Origin: Ruditapes philippinarum
Taxonomy: Eukaryota
Assembly: GCF_026571515.1 (NCBI RefSeq)
Contig: NW_026857024.1
Span: forward strand, 62,001 to 126,000
Direction of reading: 5' to 3'
DNA: 64,000 bases
How positions within the stretch are numbered: position 1 is the first letter of the stretch; each line of letters begins with the position of its first letter. Of this stretch, positions 1 to 13,406 are shown piece by piece. The translations under genes and the position numbers were made by a program. The notes under the pieces are model-generated. The model had not been told where the DNA came from. It worked only from the letters and a program-made list of their open reading frames with translations, and did no database searches.

Positions 1-1430
1 ATTTGTTGTCAAGTATCTTCTGGATAAGGGAATGTAGAATAAAAATAGCGTCAGCTGTAGATCTAGAATCTCTAAAACCAAACTGTACATCGTTAAAAAT
101 TTGTTCTGATTCACACCATTTATTTAACCTATTACGTAGTACTAGGGAAAATATTTTTGCCATACAATTTACTAACGTGATGCCACGGTAATTTGAAGGA
201 TTTTCGGGATCACCTTTCTTATAAATAGGTACAATTACCCCTTTACACCATGCTTCTGGGTAAATGCCAGTCTCAAAGATTTTATTGAAAATAGTACACA
301 AATATGGGCTTATAAATATATTAGCATCAATGAAAAAGTCAGCAACAATATTTAAATAATCAGCACTCTTATTGCTATTCAACGAAGATATAGTTTTCGA
401 CACTTCCTCCACACTGATCGGACAATCTAACTGTTCAATATATAACGGTGCATCACGTGACTGAATAAAATCGTCTGCATTAAAATTACTGTGCTGCAAA
501 TTAGAAATATTTGAAAAATGGTTAACAAAACTATCTGAATCTAAGTTGTTTCTATCCGACGGGCTACGTTTGAATTTATTTATGTATTTCCAAAACTTAC
601 GCGGTGAGGTTTTTGACATTTGTGACATATTAATTTTTTCTTTAGAGTAAAATATCGCTTTTGCTCGTCTCTTAACCTTTATATATTCCCGTCTACTTGA
701 CAAGAATAACAACTTATTATCATTACACTTATTTACATTAAAGGCTCTTTTTTTATTCAAAAAATCTGCTTTAGCATTTCTGCAATTCACATTAAACCAG
801 GCAGCTTTTTTAACCTTTTTACAAGGCTTTTGACAAAATGTTTTCCCAAAGCACTTAAAAGAGATTTCAAAAATTTCGTCGGACAAAGAATTTACACAAT
901 TATCAACATCAGTTTCGCCCGACACAAGTTTTTGTGACAAATTGTCAAATATATGCCTTTTTGCCTCCAGAAGATTCTGTTTCATCGCTGTTCCATAAAA
1001 TTTTTTGTTGTTTTTCAGGTCTGGTATAATTAATATTTAAATCATTTTTGTAGCTTATTGAAAAAGAAATTGGGCAGTGATCAGAAAACTCAGTCATGTC
1101 CATAACACATACGTCATTTAAAGATGAAAAATTCTCAAACTTTGTTATTAAATAGTCTACTGTACTCTGTGTCGATCTGTTTCTATATTTAGAATGAAAA
1201 GTACAATCGCCGGGTTCTAGCCGGCCATTAACAATACGTAGGTTATTTTCTTTACACATTGACAATAATTTGTTTCCAAAAGAGTTCACATGAGTGTCCG
1301 TATTTTTACGTGTTGTGGTGCTTTCTTCCACTTCCGGTGGGAGAACTACATACCGGTCCAAATTAATATTGTCTACGTAATCGGGTTTCTCACCCGTCCT
1401 CGCATTATAATCTCCCGTACAATAAACATG
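1..1430 (-). mobile_element. 5'-truncated CR1/L2-group non-LTR retrotransposon (AP endonuclease C-terminus plus start of RT), running off the window start
   Basis: ORF 945..1493 contains the EN motifs GDYNARTG, NSFGNKLL..C, NGR, STVDY and FSDHCPI. In another frame, ~300..1 reads GIYPEAWCKGVIVPIYKKGDPENPSNYRGITLVN...QFGFRDSRSTADAIF, the RT N-terminus. There is a frameshift between the two parts. Confidence 0.9.
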
Positions 1431-1646
1431 TAATAATGTAACAATAATATGTAAACAAAATACATCAGATAACATTTGACGCCAGAGCAGCATATCTAGG
1501 CTTTGACAAAAACAATAAGAGACGCAGGTGGAAAAAACAAACAGCAGAAAACCGTTTTTAACACGCTTAAAACTTTACATGAACTTGTCCAGATTTCAAT
1601 TAAAACAAACCCATTCAAGATCTTAAGGGAAAATTTGAAAACAATT

Positions 1647-1883
1647 TGAGCCGCGTCACGACAAAACCAACATAATGCGTTTGCGACCAGCATGGATCCA
1701 GACCAGCCTGCGCATCCGCGCAGTCTGATCAGGATCCATGCTGTTCGCTATCAGTTTCTTTACTTCTTATAGGGTCTGTAAGCGAACAGCATGGATCCTG
1801 ATCAGACTGCGCGGATGCGCAGGCTGGTCTGGACCCATGCTGGTCGCAAACGCATTATGTTGGTTTTGTCGTGACACGACTCA
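1647..1883. mobile_element. Fold-back MITE (~237 bp, ~100-bp inverted arms)
   Basis: tgagccgcgtcacgacaaaaccaacataatgcgtttgcgaccagcatggatccagaccagcctgcgcatccgcgcagtctgatcaggatccatgctgttcgct is mirrored almost perfectly by agcgaacagcatggatcctgatcagactgcgcggatgcgcaggctggtctggacccatgctggtcgcaaacgcattatgttggttttgtcgtgacacgactca. Confidence 0.9.
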
Positions 1884-4800
1884 TTTCTGTTTGAATAGCA
1901 AACAGTGCAGACCATGAACAGGGGGCGCATAATTTCTAGATCAAAAGTGTCTATGGTATATTCAGTTGCCAACAGCAGGCAAAAGATTAATTAGAATTGA
2001 TGTTAAAAGTTTGATTTTCATTCAGTTCCATTTGTAAATGACTGGCCTCATAGGGACGAAAATATTTGACAATTTTGAAATCAACGCTATAAGGTGTTAA
2101 AACACTAAGATAAAGTATGCGACATTTGCCATTTCTGTTTCACATGAAACATTTGAAAAAAAAGTATTTTTTGGAGATTAGAGTTTTAAGCTAAATAACA
2201 TGTTTGAATTTAATGGAAATATATTTCTTTTTTATATTTCTTTTAAACAAGATTCCTTCAATTAACTCTACTACTTGCTTTCGAGATAAAAAATACAATA
2301 TAATTTCTTTCAAGAGTTCTAATCTTCAGACAGGAGCTTGTAAAAATCTAGACACGTTACACAGTTCTCCGTACAATCCTACTATAATAGCTGTCTGTTT
2401 CGTTTTAAGTGAAAATGCAATATTCGTTTCTGGCTTATTGACAAGCGTATCATTATGCCAAGGTCACCATGATTTCAGTTTTGTTTTGTTTTATGAATGA
2501 TAAGTTCTTCTTAGAAGTTTTTATCATTACTTAACCTGCTATGTTTGCATGTGATATAATTAATTTATATGATTATACGAGTCAACTGGAGGCCATATTC
2601 GCTGGAACAGCTCAAAGATATGTTTCAAATACAATATCAGTAATGGTATATGAATCAAACTCAGGTGATCTTGCTTAATAGCGAACACAAATTGAAACAA
2701 ATGAGATTTGTAATAAAATTTTATCGACTTACATAGCTTATAATTGTAATGTTCTAATACTTATTGTGGTAACACGATATTTGGCAATAAATTGTGTGTT
2801 CGAATGTCTTGTAGTGGACATGTTTTTTTGTCCTTCGTATATTATATAATGACACGTGGGCATACTGTGGTAGGTAACTTTGAAGATGTATCTTGGACTA
2901 TAGCTTTATTGAGTTCGGAAATACTTTTGATTATTTCTAGCAAGCAGTAGTAAATAATTTGTCTGGTTTTCGGACGTACTAGATAACGTAGTAAAAGGGT
3001 AGGAATTCCGGGCTACTAATAGTTAAATGCAAAGCTTGTGATGTTTGGTTTATTTTAGATTAATTCATGAATTTGAAATAATACAAACCCAACTTGTGTA
3101 GATCAGATTTATATCTTTTAAAAAATGTGGGTTAATGAAAACAAAACGTTTAATGATGTGTTATTTTTTTCTTTTCTAAAAAGAATATTTTTATTTTGAT
3201 TTTTTTGTATGTTAAAGAATTGTTCTTGTGTAATCCACTTAAGCAGAAAAAAGAAAGCTTTGAAGTCATTACACTTCATGCAGTTCTTATTTCTGTAACT
3301 TGCCGATAAGCCTAGATTGGGAGACAGTCCTGGAGGAAATAAAATCAGATAAATGTAAAAAAAGAAATATTTTTTTCTGTAAAGTTCTTAGACTCTTATT
3401 ATTGTTGCTATTGAAGTAAATTGTATAATTTGTAAGTTTTCAAGAGTTGGCTTCCAACCTGTTTTTGTTGAAATGTTTGACAATTTTGTAATATTTATTT
3501 TACTTGAAAAAATGTTAATGTTGCCTTGAGTAGTTGGAAAACTTCTACACGAATGGAATAAATTCATTTAAGTCTTGTACATTTAACACGAACTTAAGGA
3601 AATTAATATACATGTTTAAAATGTGGTACCTAAGAAATGTAATAGGAAAAAATAATACATTCCTTATTTCACTATTGTCACTCTAACCATCAGTAGTGTG
3701 TAAACTGATCCAGAATTATTTAATTAAGGGAATTTATTAAAATATATGTATTTTAAGTTAAATATAAGGTATAAAATTATACTTTAAGGTTATCATTATC
3801 TTTTATTTTTCAATGTTTGTTTTAGTTCTTAGCTAACATAATGTGGTTATCTTAATATATATAATAATAACTTTTATACCAGTTTCTATCTGAACACAGA
3901 AACGACAGGTATAAAATTGCATTTAAAGTTTCATTCATCATTCAACATGTGATTACACCCATTTTTTTCACAAGTGTAATTCATTGAATCAATTAAGGTT
4001 TGGATCATAAACTACAAACTGAATATGATATTAACCAATCATTTAATAGCATTTTATCTTATGTTATTATTTCACGCTGGTTGAATATAGATAAGCGTTT
4101 ACATACGAACTTTATCGTCACAATTGTACAAGGATTACATTGTTTGATTTGATGGCACACTCACTAGTTTATCCTTGTTTCCTTCAAAGATTATTCAATC
4201 ATTTTATGACCTTTAATAAACGTTTAGTAATGAATACTTTAGATTTAATATCTTTTCTTGAAAACAATTTTCTTTTATTTCATATAGTAGTTTATCTTTT
4301 AAATACACAAAAGTAAATATTTCAGCATTATTAATTATTTTTAATTCATAATTGCAGAAACCACCGCTATAGTTTAGTATCAATTACATATTGAATAATC
4401 TGAAAATATAATTGAAGATATATTATGACTCAAGTTCGAGATTTATGTTTTTGTTGTCTTTTTGTACTTTTTTAAGGATTTAAGTTTGTTTTGTTTAGTG
4501 TCATGGATGTCAAGGATAGTCCTTATAACCGTGTTTAAAGTTTTATAAACCGTACCAAATGAATTTTTAGATTTTAAACTTTAACTTGTTATTTTGCCAT
4601 AAATAAATGTAGTGTTTATAATCAATCTTATCCTTATCCGGTTATGGAATTTGTAACCAGTTTATGGCTAAAACTATTCTGACACTTTTATACATAACAC
4701 CCCTACCAAAAACAGTCAAACAGTCAACACGACTATAAAAGATATTTTATTACCTCTCCTATATAAATAAAACATAACTATTTGCTATTATTTCAAATTT

Positions 4801-6757
4801 AACTGCGTTAATACACAAGGGTTCTTAAAAACAATAGTTTCTTCTAGGAATACTGTGGTAGTCGTAATCAACAAATTTCAGGCTACAATCATTTACTCTT
4901 TGTCCTAATAACTTTGAACTCGCCGGCTTTCACATCATATACTGGCTGCAAACTAGGTAATCTTTTCAAATCTATCTGGTTTTCACTGATAAGATATATG
5001 ATGCCAACATATCTATACAAAAATGTACACCCGATAGTGTACGATATGCTTTTGATACGATCATTACGTCATCGTTTGTAAAGAGACATCCTGACGTACA
5101 CTCCAGTAGTTGACTTTGATTTTAATCTACATATGAATGTATGAATGTGTTACGTATTTTGCACGCAATGCGAGGCTAAACTTAATTTTATTTCATTTTA
5201 TTGAATCGTTTTTAATTTCAATAATTCATTTTATAAAAGTGAAAATTCAGAGGTTAATGAACAAATGTGTTTTTTAAATTCTGTTATCTTTGAACTTTTT
5301 TAATTTACCATATGCATTAGCCACAATACGATACTTTTCTTAAAATATTGTATATATATTTATAGGTAAAGAAAACAACAAACAATATTAACCTGAAAAC
5401 TCCATTGTGTTTAAAACTAATTGTTTAGAAATAAATCAATTGAAGGAGCTTACAAACGCATTTACGTTAACAACAAAATAACAGTAACGTTTTGTTTGAA
5501 ACTGTTTTTTTAAACGGATTTTTTTCTTTTCACATGAATCAAGTCTCTCATTTCTAAGACACAGTTTATTCCTCTTTCTAAACAAATTTTAGATTAAAGA
5601 TAACGGTTTGTTATGCAAAGTGTATCAGATTATATATGACGCCATAGAATTATATCTGGACTTTGACAAAATGCGGGGCAATAATACAAAACGGCAGAAA
5701 AAATATAATGTTGACTACTCTATCTAATGAACTTAGCGAATTAGATTGCATAAAAAACGTCTTCAATAAATTCCTAATTTTCATATTTTCAAGGCTGAAC
5801 AGTGGGGAATCGTGGGAAATTTACAAATAAAATATTTTTACACTCGATTGTTCAGTTGAAATTTCGGAGGGGGGATAGAGAGAATATATTTTAAGTATAT
5901 TTCAATTTGCGATTTGTATGCCCATTCATACAAATAAGAGATAACCAACAACTGAACGAATAACAACAATTATCTTGAAATACTTCTACAATTAAAAAAC
6001 CTTATTTGGAATACCATATAATATTTCATTTTAATTATCAATGCTACACAAATCAAGTGTTTTGATATTTTTAATTTTAAATTCGTAGGAAAAACAATTT
6101 ACTTTCATTTATAAATGCTAAAAATAATAAAAATAACAACATATATTTTATGTCTCTTATTAGACAACACACATGCATTCACATGCAACTCGTATTTTCA
6201 TTATTTCTAACAAGTTTAGCAACTACAGCATTATTAGTATTGCTAAACCATACGGTGATTGACAATCTTTTTCTAGCAATCTTAATCAACACGTATTTTC
6301 ATCACAAATGTCATTGTGGACTTATGCATGCCAAAATAGCCAGATAGTCAATATGAATTTTATCACTTTTATTACCAGGTATATAACAGATAAATATCCA
6401 GTGTACAACAGTGTTTATCGCGTTCATTACAAATGATATGATGTGGTTTTCTACTTTTACATACTATATTAATATACTGAAATGGGAAAAGTCTCCTGGT
6501 TGCAATGACAACACTACAATTCGGATTGATTGAGATTATGAATGCGCTTTATCCTTTTATTCTGTTTCATAAATGAATGTATCCATTGTTATAACTTGTA
6601 TTGCTTAAGGCCCTTTAAAATAATATTCAACAGTTAATAGGTAAATTATACAAACATATGCTTGTAATTTTTATTTGATTTTGTTTTTAGTTATTTAGAG
6701 AAATCATCCCCTTTTTTCATTTTTTGTCTATGTGCATAGCAATAGAAAGTCACCAAA

Positions 6758-7940
6758 ATGGAACCTTACAATTACATGGTTAGAGCCATAGTTTTGGTTT
6801 TGTTATTTATCAACGAAATTTTGTATCCCCGTACCCACCGAAGCGGGAATATACTATGATGTTACTTACTGATAAAGCTGAATTCATTAAAAAAATAAAA
6901 TCAAAATAGGTGTGAAAGTTCTGAAACAACAAGCATTTAGCAATTACGTTTTACACATCCGTCAACAAATTGCAATTATGCCCCTGATACTCTCTTACAG
7001 GACTCCTTGTATGAAATAAATAAATAAGGTACACGTATCCGTTATTAAAATAATAGCATGCATGATCAATTTTCAAAAAACAAAATCGTATTTCAGTCAT
7101 AACGTTTCTAAAAGATTTGCAAGAACACATTTCATTGAAACAGTTCAAATATTAAAAAACGATTTCTAACTATTTAAACGCATATATCAACTTTTTATTA
7201 TCAAAATACGTGTGAGGTTTAAATATAAAAGAAAGGTATGAAAGATATATTTATTTTCTATTGTAGAAGCGATTCAGATCTACTTAAAACATTCATTATC
7301 AAAACATAAGTGGTATCTTACATATATACTATCAAAAACGATAGAATACAGAAGTTTTAAAACTGTCAGATTTGTTAACCTTTTGCAAACATCAAATACT
7401 GGTATCATCTGTAAACACGTTTAACAAAGTATCATATAATACATTTGCATTGGTCTGAAAAGCAAAAAGTTATCAAATCGTAAAGGTATATTACCTTTAG
7501 TTGTGTTTGTATATCAGAAATGTATCACTTTTGTTTAAATTAGAAAAAGAGATTTCTGGCTGTTCTTTAAAAAGTTTAGTGTTTTTTTTTTTAAACTCTT
7601 TTTTCTCAATTGATTGTCATACGCTTCTTTAACCTTTGCAATCCCTGTGCACGAAAACCGTAACAAATGGTGAATTGTTATTAGCTCAACTATTATAATC
7701 CTAGGAATGGTTATAAAAGATTTTAATATCAATTTCCAGGAAAGAGTATATAACTGGACGTTGGACGATGGAAGTTTCCCCTTCTTCGTAGACCCGTACT
7801 TATTCCACTATCAATAACTTGGAATTTAAGTGCGCTGTTTTTCTCTGAAGAATTTGCTTGTTACCATTTTAACAGATACACTTCACTTACTCAACTGTAT
7901 TTCTCCGAGTTGATTCGTTGTGATTTTTCAAAATGATGGC
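6758..7940 (+). pseudogene. Decayed secreted-protein gene relic, tentatively signal peptide + PAN/apple + C-type lectin-like domain
   Basis: Signal-like MVRAIVLVLLFINEIL at 6776 and QNRC at ~6902. An AG/GT-flanked block ~7266-7485 reads ..LLTFCKHQILVSSVNTFNKVSY. The block from ~7685 reads STIIILGMV...YNWTLDDGSFPFF...RCFSLK...NCISPS*FV, which has CTL-like spacing. Many stops. Confidence 0.35.
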
Positions 7941-10390
7941 AGTATTGATTTTATAATTAGTAATTTCTTTCTTTCAAATGAGAGAAAATTAAGTTGCAAA
8001 ACTTAATTTCTGGGGAGATAATGACAAACTAATCAGGTTTTTCTTTTCAGAAAGATAGACAAGAAATAATTTATCCAATATAATTTAAGTTGCTCTCGCT
8101 CTCTCTCGTCAAGCAGTCAGCGGTGAGCAGTAGCTAACAAAACTGTGGATGGAAGTATCTTATTTTACATACAATGCATTTGAGTACATATCACCTAACG
8201 CATAATTGTTATGGATATTATTTTTTCGTCTGATCTTATCAGAAGACATTTTATATTTAATAAAAATTACAAAAAATTATCTTAAAACCATTTGAAGATT
8301 TTGTATATTGACTTAACCAATGATGGTAAATTCAGAAAAAATAAATTGTGCGTTCATGAACTGGAGTATTCTAATATCACAAAAAAAATGCATTTGATTT
8401 AAAAAATGTCGGTGTGAGATGGATATTGAAACGTTTAGATGAAAAGGTACGAATTATTTCAAATTGTTTGAATACATCTAGAACTCTTTATATAAGGGTA
8501 TATATAACGTATAAACATTTTTATAATTGATTTGATATCGTAAGTAAATAATTATTATTTGCAATTAGTAGTAGTATAAATAATAAATATAATGTATTAA
8601 AAACTTTGATTTTTTGATGCGTTAAACATGTAATATTATATACAAACATCTGCTTTAATTTAAATATTTTTTTTCCAATTTAGATATATTATTTGTTTCA
8701 AAAGATGAAAAAAATGTTCAAACTCCATAAAAGGCGTATGCGGGCCTTATTAAAATACCATATTGATTACTTATCTTACTTTTGATATCATTTAAAAGGA
8801 CTCGTTTTGATTTATTTCTTCTTAAAATAGCATAAAATCAAAAAATTCAATTGACGTGTGCACTCGTACCAATGTTGCTTATACTATTTTATGCGAACAC
8901 AACTATGTATTCTCAAGGTTCACATTTCATGCTTTTTTACCCTTATATAATATATAAAAAGAGAAAAGGCGAGCCTATAAATTGGACACGAATCTATGTC
9001 TGTTTGATGGTTGCTTCCTTATTATTGATCACGGTCACGTCATTCGATGAATCACGTGTTAGGAAGGTGTTTCTTGATCAACATGTTTGTGGTTCTGGTT
9101 GTGAAAGCTGCTGATTAAAAGTTCGTCACGGGCGAACTGACACTTCTGTGGTATAACCACTTAGAGCAGGCATGTTTCTTGCAATTTTATGAAGTATATG
9201 TTTTCATTATCCCTTATCACATGTATGAAATTATCAATGAAAACGTGACGTTGTTTTTTAGATGCAACTTTATTATGTTTTAAAATTAATGCTACAAATT
9301 GCGTTTTAAAGGTACGATATGAAAGTAGAAGGATGTTTAACAATTACGTTATTTAATTAGTCAAAAATTTAATTTGATCTTATCTTAACGGATGTAATAA
9401 TACTTCTTTAAAATCTCGTCTTACTAATTAAATTTGTAATGATATTGTAATCCTTAAATTAACTATGAAATAGAACGATTTAGCGCTTTATATGCCTTTG
9501 CTCCCGTAACAATGACAGTACAATAATTAATACCAAAAATGTAGGTTTTTAACCTTATTAAGCTTAAAAACTTAAAAAATGAAATTGTCAGTCTTTCAAC
9601 CAAGACAAAGAAGTACTGAAAAGCGAACAGTGCAGACTATTATCAGACGTATATGTGCCGGCTGATTTGTGTCTGAACTGGGCGCAAGGACAGAATCAGT
9701 TGCCGCCGCTAACGTGCTAAGGACCATCTGTTGTTTGCACTTGCCGATAGGTATAATCGGTTGCAACCAGCAAGCCAAGGGTTACACGTATCATACGTTC
9801 CTCTTGCCCTTTAAACTTACCTTTCATTTAAATCATCGTTCATTTTTCTTTCACTCTTTCTCACCTGAGTTAAGAACAAATTAGTGATATTTTTTTTACC
9901 CGAATTAAAGTATTCAATATTAATTACGGAAGCGGTGCTATTTTTGAGTCATTAATGAACTCAGTTTTTATGAAATTATATTCATTTGTAACGAAATATT
10001 CGTATGCACGAAAGTATGGTCGATTTGATAATTATTTTACTTAAGTATGATAGAAAACAGCAGATTTTGTGCATACAGTGGTTAACCACTTGCTTTATCT
10101 TTGAATCAATGTTTCTAGTTCCAAAGTAAACATTCCAACATAATTAAAACACAGTAATGCATCATTTCACGATGTACGTTGATGTCTGGCTTAGTTGCAC
10201 TTTAATTAAAGGTAAGCGGTATTAAATGAGTAGGCCAAAAGATAAAGTATAGGTTAATTGCAAACTAAATTGTTGTTTATTCTTGGAAATGATCGTGTTG
10301 AAATACTGAAATAATAAAAGATGTTTTGTAACGGGCAATCAAGATCTTACAGCACTTGTAGCTGATAAATATTCTAATGGCAGCTGCCTT

Positions 10391-10490
10391 AAAAAGAGAA
10401 AGAAAAAAAAGAATCTCCAAAGAACGTCTAAAATTGCAAAATTGAAAATATTGCAGGCTCGGTTTGATTGAGACTGTTTATGGACGATAT
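10391..10490 (-). repeat. Short interspersed element, family B' (truncated copy)
   Basis: Contains ttgcaggctcggtttgattgagactgt, shared with copies at ~23.4, 28.4, 29.5, 42.7, 43.1 and 44.2 kb. Confidence 0.7.
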
Positions 10491-13313
10491 TGTATCACAA
10501 ATATATATAATGTAACTCTCAAATTGTGTATAATTTTACACAGACAGTGCTTTATTTATAAAATAACTAACTAATAAAATGCAATTTATGGTATTGTATT
10601 TCAAATGAATAGGACTCTCTGATAAATGACAGAGACAAAATTTGATGCATGATATTGGCCCGTCGTCGAATTTGTTTCTAATCGCTGCGTTGGCGGTGAA
10701 TTGTCTGATATGTTTTTGCTGCAGTGTAGTCTGTAGTATTCTGTTGGAAAAGAAAGCTTTTAATCTAAAAGAAAAAAAAAATAAATTAAGCTTCGGAAAA
10801 AGTATTTGATTAAAAGCGATAAATCGTGGAAATCAATCTAATATAATATCGAATAACACAGGAAATAGAAAATAGAAGCGAATAAAAGACATTCATTATT
10901 ATTTCAATACATTTTTGTATTTCAAGGTCTATGAAAATATCATGTTAATCAAATATTGGAAAACAAATTAAGATCTAAATCACCTTCCTCATCATAGAAT
11001 GTTTGTTTTTTTTTGCTTGAATAACTTGCATTCTATTCCAACCTCTCAAATATCACAATAAAACAAAAAAATGAACTTTATTTACGTATATAATCTTATC
11101 GCAAAAACTTCGGTCAACACAAAGGAAAGAACTCGAAAAAATATCAGGCTATTTTATTGGTATAAATTATGTTTCCCTTGCTTTCCCATGGACATCAAAT
11201 TCGTCTATTATGGGCGTATATACAAGAGAGAAAAAAACTTCAACAACCAATTCCTGAAGTATAGATGTATTATTATTTCCAATTATCTTTTTAAAATACA
11301 AAGGCAGGAATTTATAATATTTAAAAAGTTGTGGGAATCTCACAATTTCTTATCAAAATTCATAATTTTGTCTACATCTAAATTGGTGTCTTATTTACAA
11401 TGTTCATATATATTATTTAATATATTCAAACAGGTTGTCATTGTTGTTCTTTGAACAAAACAAACAGGCTGTATAAATACACACATATTGATATGGAAAT
11501 ATAAGCTTTGTGAAATGATTGAGAAATTGAAAGAAAATGTCAAGGTAGCCAAAATTATTTTTTTTGTGTTACAAAGAAAGTATAGTGATCTCATGATGCA
11601 ATAGTAGTAAAAGTAATGGTACACGTCGGAGGTAATAAAACAAATTCGGAGTGATCGTAAAAATGTCAAAAAAGTTAAAGTATATTATGGAATATCTTGT
11701 TTAAAATATCTAACTTACATCCAGAAACGTACGGTTTGTTGACACTTTATGTGTAATTTATTAATATAGGTTAAAAAAAGATAAAGAAGTTCAACTTTTA
11801 CTGCCATTTAATCATTTTTTGAAGCAAGTAGCATGTTTTGTTATCGGTCAGATAAATTCTGTTAGTTTTCGACATAAAATGTCTTTAAATTTCGCAGCTG
11901 CCATATGTCCGACATAGACATAATATGTCCGTGATTTATATTTCTTGTTGAGATTGAAACATTTTATGTTAAACATGAACTGTATTATTTCGGGACAGTA
12001 GATCTGATTTAGTAAATAAATTTGATATATACTATATACAATTTTGCTCTGTTGGTATAGCATGTACCAATATGAAATCAATTTCTTCTTCTGCACAGAA
12101 GAGAAATATGTAGATATAATGTTAAACATTATTAGAAATGCACGTGGGCAATCATTTTTAAATCGAACAAGTATAAAAGGTAGAGATACAGGCAGTAAGT
12201 TACCTTTGCATTAACAGAGGCACAGTTCTGAAATTATCAGCGCTGTCGAAGGTTGTGTCTGGTAAATTAACAATACATCAAAACACATATTGCTAGCTTA
12301 GAGAGAAATTATATCCAACTGAAAAAAATGATTAATTGTTTCTTCGTTCATTAAACATCTTATAGATTGCCTGTCCGTGATGTATATGAAACATTAATGT
12401 TTATGTGATAGTAATGTGCTAAATTGTTATTGATATATGACTTAGGATAATAAAAAAAAGAGAAGGTATTTGTTTCGCAAATGAATAATTTTGGTATTGG
12501 ATTTTAAAGGGTTAATAATCTGGAATGTAAACGCGAATTGGAGATTTTATTTATTATCAAAAGGTAAGAGTGTTCTTAGAACAAAATTTAACATGAAATT
12601 ATTATATTTTATTTAGGGAATTATGTTATAATAATTCTTAGAGTGACCCTTTATGAACATCTTGTTTACAGTTAATGTAATAAAACATTATTTTTCAAAA
12701 AATTATTTAACGTTAAATCTTATACTATATAGTATTAAATCACAAAATAAATAGGACGGTTTTAACAGTTTTGAAACAACATATTTCATTTGAAGGCAAC
12801 GATAAATCATTTGAGTTTCACTTAAATAATAAGTTATATTATATAAAAAAAATAAACAGCAATTGTTCAATTGTTTCACATGAGCAAAATTTATTGTTTA
12901 AAACTTTTCATATATTATCATGCATACAATTCCACATTTCATATAAGAAAGTCGCAAAATGTCTTTTCGACATTAATGACATAACATTTTTAAGTAATTT
13001 ATTTGAATATTTCCTACATATTTCCTCTTCGAAACATAATACATGTACATTTTCAAACTGACCAATGTTTAACGGGCATTCTCCGATTTTCTGAGATAAG
13101 TTGGCGGACACTCAAACAATGCTTTCTTGGATTTTTTAGAGTAGTAAAGAAATATCAAAACGTTGATAGTAAATTGGCCGCGTGGAGATGTCAGGGTAAT
13201 TGATATTTATTAGATAGGTCGCCCTATTTATCAAGCACGTTCACACCAGACGATGTGTTCTACATGATTGGTAGAGAGTTCGTATATTGGTGTGCTCGCC
13301 TTTCCCCTCAACA

Positions 13314-13406
13314 TTGATTAACAGTCGTAACAGCCGAAACAGACGATTTAAAATCTTAACCGTCTTATTATTGTGGTGTGTCTGTTTTCTTGAAAATGTC
13401 AAAAAG
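13314..13406 (+). CDS. Delta: Delta-like ligand, putative first coding exon (signal peptide); exact start uncertain
   Basis: The frame reads (L)INSRNSRNRRFKILTVLLLWCVCFLENVKK and ends at aag|gt, joining in phase 0 to exon 2 VMCSGMFEV. There is no in-frame ATG after the upstream TAG. Confidence 0.6.
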
